Assembly (NCBI GenBank): GCA_021613535.1
Contig: CP075494.1
Coordinates: forward strand, 2,914,001-2,978,000
Direction: 5' to 3'
Length of the DNA: 64,000 bases
Source of the DNA: Adineta vaga
Lineage: Eukaryota > Animalia > Rotifera
Position numbers and translations under genes: made by a program. The notes under the pieces are model-generated. The model did not search any database and was not told the DNA's origin. It saw only the letters and a program-made list of their open reading frames with translations. Below, in pieces: positions 60,159 to 64,000 of this stretch (within the stretch, counting starts at the first letter, position 1; every line of letters starts with the position of its first letter).

Positions 60159-62581
60159 ATGATTATTTTTTTAATCATATTATCAATTTACACAACTATC
60201 AGTAATACTTTTCATTTCAATGGAGGTACTATAACATGGAAACCTGTTAATCCTAATGATAATTCTGCATTAACAATAATTACCATCACTCAATCATACT
60301 CATGGATGTATCCAGATGTAAATTGTACTGAAGATGTACCGATTACGACTTACAGTCGTCGATTAGATAATGACAACTTAACTTGTGTAGCTAATTGTTT
60401 GACTCAAGGTGGATATTCAAATAATCCAGTTAATATACTAACTGATTGTATATCGTCTAGCGTTTCATTACGTACGATGACAAGTCAACGATCTGTTAAT
60501 ATCAGTCTTAATATAGGGGCATATTTTTCAATAGCATTTCAAGCGCCTGGCTGGAGACCTCTAGAAAATTCTGTAGGAACTCCTCCTGATTGGTCAATTG
60601 TATGTGGAATTGATCTTCGACGACGTCCGGATGGTATTATAAATACTCCACCTCAATCAAATGTCGCCTCACCACAATATGTCATCGTGAATACAACAAG
60701 ACAAATTCAAATACACGTATCAGATATTAATTAAGGTGATGATGTACGCTGTCGATGATCTCAAAAAAACAAGTATTATTTCTGAGAAAATTCATTTCTT
60801 AAATCTAAGTCAAAATTTGATAAATATTAATATTTTTGTAAATAGTTCACTTGGAGCCGATGAATGTGCCGATGTTTGTTATCCTGATCTCATGCCAAAT
60901 ACAACAAGTTTATCGAATTGTATATTGTCATTTTTCGCACCAACTGTTAATGTTTGGTATGCAATTGCTCTTCAAGTAAATATTAAATATAATTTTATCG
61001 TAAAACAACGAATGGAATGATATTTATAGATTGAAGATTTTATCAACACAACAAGTACTATTCCAATGAGCTCAGTACCAATTCAATTTCTAATCTATGT
61101 TTCATCAATACCGAAATGTACAAAGCCACCTCTTCTTCTACCGGTAATTGATTGTTTAGAAGTTAAAGTTAATGTACCAACTAATCTGACACTTTACGCA
61201 TTTAATTCATGTAATAATACAAAAATAATTATTGGTGATATTTCTTCAACAATAAATACTGGAGGAATGCAAATGAGTGATGTAATTAATTCCACAACAA
61301 ATGCATCATTAGTTTATGTTATAGTCACTTGGACACCACAGATCAATCATATTGGTTTACAATATTTATGTACCATTGCTTATACGAAGTAAATATTATT
61401 TTCTTTATTGTTTTATTCTACAGAAAAGTGTCTCTCTTTTTTTTTTATAAATTTTTTTTTTATAAAATTTAAGTGAGAGAGTTCAATCTGATCAATATTG
61501 TATTACATTCTATGTTAATATTTCAAATCCAAATTGATTATCAACAACAATATCAAATATAATCACAACACAAGAGCTTGATACTTCGGCAATATTATTG
61601 TTAACAACTGAAGCTACAACAATAAATATCTTAGTAACGTGAGTTAATATACGTTTCGAAAAGAACAAAAATATTGATTAAACATTGTCTTTATCCATTT
61701 TAGAAATACCGCACAAACTACACTAGTAATCAATTTAAGTAAGTTCTGATCAAATTTCGTTTTATCTCCAACATATTGTATTATTGCTGTTCAAGCTCTA
61801 AACAAAATAAATATACCATTAATTGTCATTTTGTCATTATTATTTTTATTGTTAACCCTTTGCTGTTGTTGCTATTGGCTGTATCGTTTCCTATGTTACG
61901 TCTGTCTATTTGATTTCTATTATACATTAATCATTTTTTTTGTACAGGAGTACGAATGCAAAACGACATCGACGACAAAAATATGTGGATAAGACGTTTC
62001 ACTTCAAGAGAACAAAGAGACCTTTCTTGCATAATGGATTTATTGAGATCGATAATAATACGAATAGTTTTTGCTCACTTACCAAAACAGAAATAGATAC
62101 TGAGCCGTATGAAGAAACAAATACAACGATCAATTATCGAACTTTGGACAATAGTATACCTACAGTTAAACGCCTTTCCAGACAATCATCATCTACTGTC
62201 ACTACTGATTTAGTGAAAAAGTCAGCGAAGTCCGAAGTAAACGAAACAAAGAATAATATATTTAAATTACCAATCAAAACTCGTGTTACAAAATTATCGA
62301 GATCTGAAACACAGGTGTTACCTTACATCGAACCGATCAGTAGTACAATGAAATCATCCCATATTCCAAGTAGTATTAATGACAAATTGAACAAAACAAC
62401 AAGCTTTATTTATTGTAAGGATAAAGATAATATTCAATCAGTTAACCGAATTGATCATAGAAATTGCTCAAATAGACGATCCTCGAGTGTTGGTGGTGTT
62501 ACTGTAAAGAAAGTGAAGAGAACGGCGAGTCAAACAGAATCAACGAATTCATTCGTATCTCATCGAATAAAACAAAAATAA
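60159..62581 (+). pseudogene. Pseudogenized paralog of 53680-56368
   Basis: Colinear HFNGGTITW...; in-frame stops at 60732 (TAA), ~60756 (TGA where the paralog has W) and ~61535. Confidence 0.75.
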
Positions 62582-62689
62582 TTAGGTATTAAATCTTGTC
62601 TTTAAGTATACGAGTGACTATTTCATGTGTGTATTATTCAAAAAAATGGTTCTTCAAAATAAAATATACCCACCGTGTTGTTTATTTTT

Positions 62690-63024
62690 AACCATACGAA
62701 TATTGATAATGTTCAATTATATTTATTTGGTGCTGACCAATGATATCATTGTTCACTTGTTATATTTAATTGTTTAAGTTGATTAAATTCATATTTTCTG
62801 GCAAAATTATTTTCTTCATTTATTTCAATTGATTTTGATGTGAATTCTGTTAGACAATAAGGAATAATATGTTCAGAATCACTTGTATCTTTAACTAAAG
62901 TATTTATATAAAGACAATGTTGTTGAATATCATTATGATATTTTTCATCTATTAGATAAAGATTTATTTGGGGTATACCAATGACCAGATGAATTAGAAA
63001 AACTAAACCAAACAATGTCTTCAT
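62690..63024 (-). pseudogene. 5' fragment of a secreted/receptor protein with an in-frame stop
   Basis: Signal peptide MKTLFGLVFLIHLVIG; NITSEQ*YHWSAPINIIEHYQY reads on in frame past the stop. Confidence 0.5.
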
Positions 63025-64000
63025 ATCGAATATGATTTGATTATGAAACAATGTTTTTTTCTGCATGAAAAATATATTTATCCTAACATCTGTTGTTTCC
63101 TGAGAGAAAGAGAAAGTGGGTGTCAACTCATTTTGTTAGAAATCATAAAATAAATATTCTTTATTCACTTTTTAATATGACATATGTATTCAATTAGAGA
63201 TGTGTTTGAACGATAAAACTGCTAAATGAGATTATTAGTCAACAGACAACTATCGAAGTCTAAGTATAGTTTTGAGTTAAAGTGGTAAATGATGAGTTGA
63301 GATACGAGAAGAAAAAGAATACTTCCTCTTCGAATATAGAAGAAACAACATTAACTATGGATGATAGAATTGTATACCTGTCACTGCAAATAAAGATTCA
63401 TTGGTATTCAACTGAACGTCAAAGGAATATCTATTACAATTGAAACTGTTCGATTATTGTTATGTTAATTTCTACGCTTCGAACTAACGGTCTGCTTGTG
63501 AAAATAGTAAATCAAAATTTGGTTTGATATTATTACTTGCCTTTGATGAAACACTATCGTTCTAAGCACTTGATTTCTATTGAATTATAATTATATTGGA
63601 AGTGTTATTCTTCATTTCAGGATTGAATACTTGTCTGAATCTTCCAATTTAATTAATACCTCTTGCTCATCTTTTTGGTTTATCAGATGAGTACGGTGTG
63701 CAACCTCAACTTTATTTCTTTTTTTTATAGATTACTTCGTTATCTTTCTGTTTCCCTTTACATTTAAAAAAATACTTGTAAAACGACATATTCTCAAAGT
63801 CTCGGAATACTTTATAATATCTCTGAAATAGATGAAAGATATAAGACAGAGCATATGTGACCATCAAAGAAGATAAATCAGATCATCTTCTAACAAATTT
63901 TATTGAAAATTAATTAAGATAATATTACGATTAATTAGAGAGAATAAGCGAGATTAGAATAAATGATTACAAAGTTCAAATGTGTATTCAACTGTCATGA

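Noticed and set aside
1-64000. tRNA/rRNA genes and a true telomeric array
   Set aside because: None recognised by eye; TGTGGG occurs only as 1-3 units within the palindromes.

Overview
AT-rich eukaryotic DNA with many short (~50-80 bp) GT-AG introns. The gene content suggests a bdelloid rotifer (Adineta-like); this is an inference from gene families and TGTGGG repeats, not a database result. Animal-type genes: SSUH2, a two-domain small HSP, four rhodopsin-like GPCRs, an astacin, an EF-hand protein and Hv1. Non-metazoan-looking genes (HGT candidates): a fungal-type PLD, an intronless vWA protein, a DyP peroxidase, a bacterial-type PLP decarboxylase, DUF3431 and an alginate-lyase-like protein. 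Also present are two LicD/fukutin genes and several pseudogenes. Highlights: (1) a full-length 5.26-kb jockey/I-group (Hebe-like) LINE with a perfect 13-bp TSD inserted into the first codons of the Hv1 proton channel gene; (2) a duplicated pair of secreted prepropeptide genes with identical signal/pro regions but completely different repeat-built cationic mature peptides (RQDY repeats versus poly-His); (3) a dispersed family of about 17 tiny palindromes or arms built from telomere-like repeats (TCTTGAGGGTGTGGG...CCCACACCCTCAAGA) that tend to lie just 3' of genes and at rearrangement junctions; (4) a cystine-knot peptide exon absent from the ORF track.
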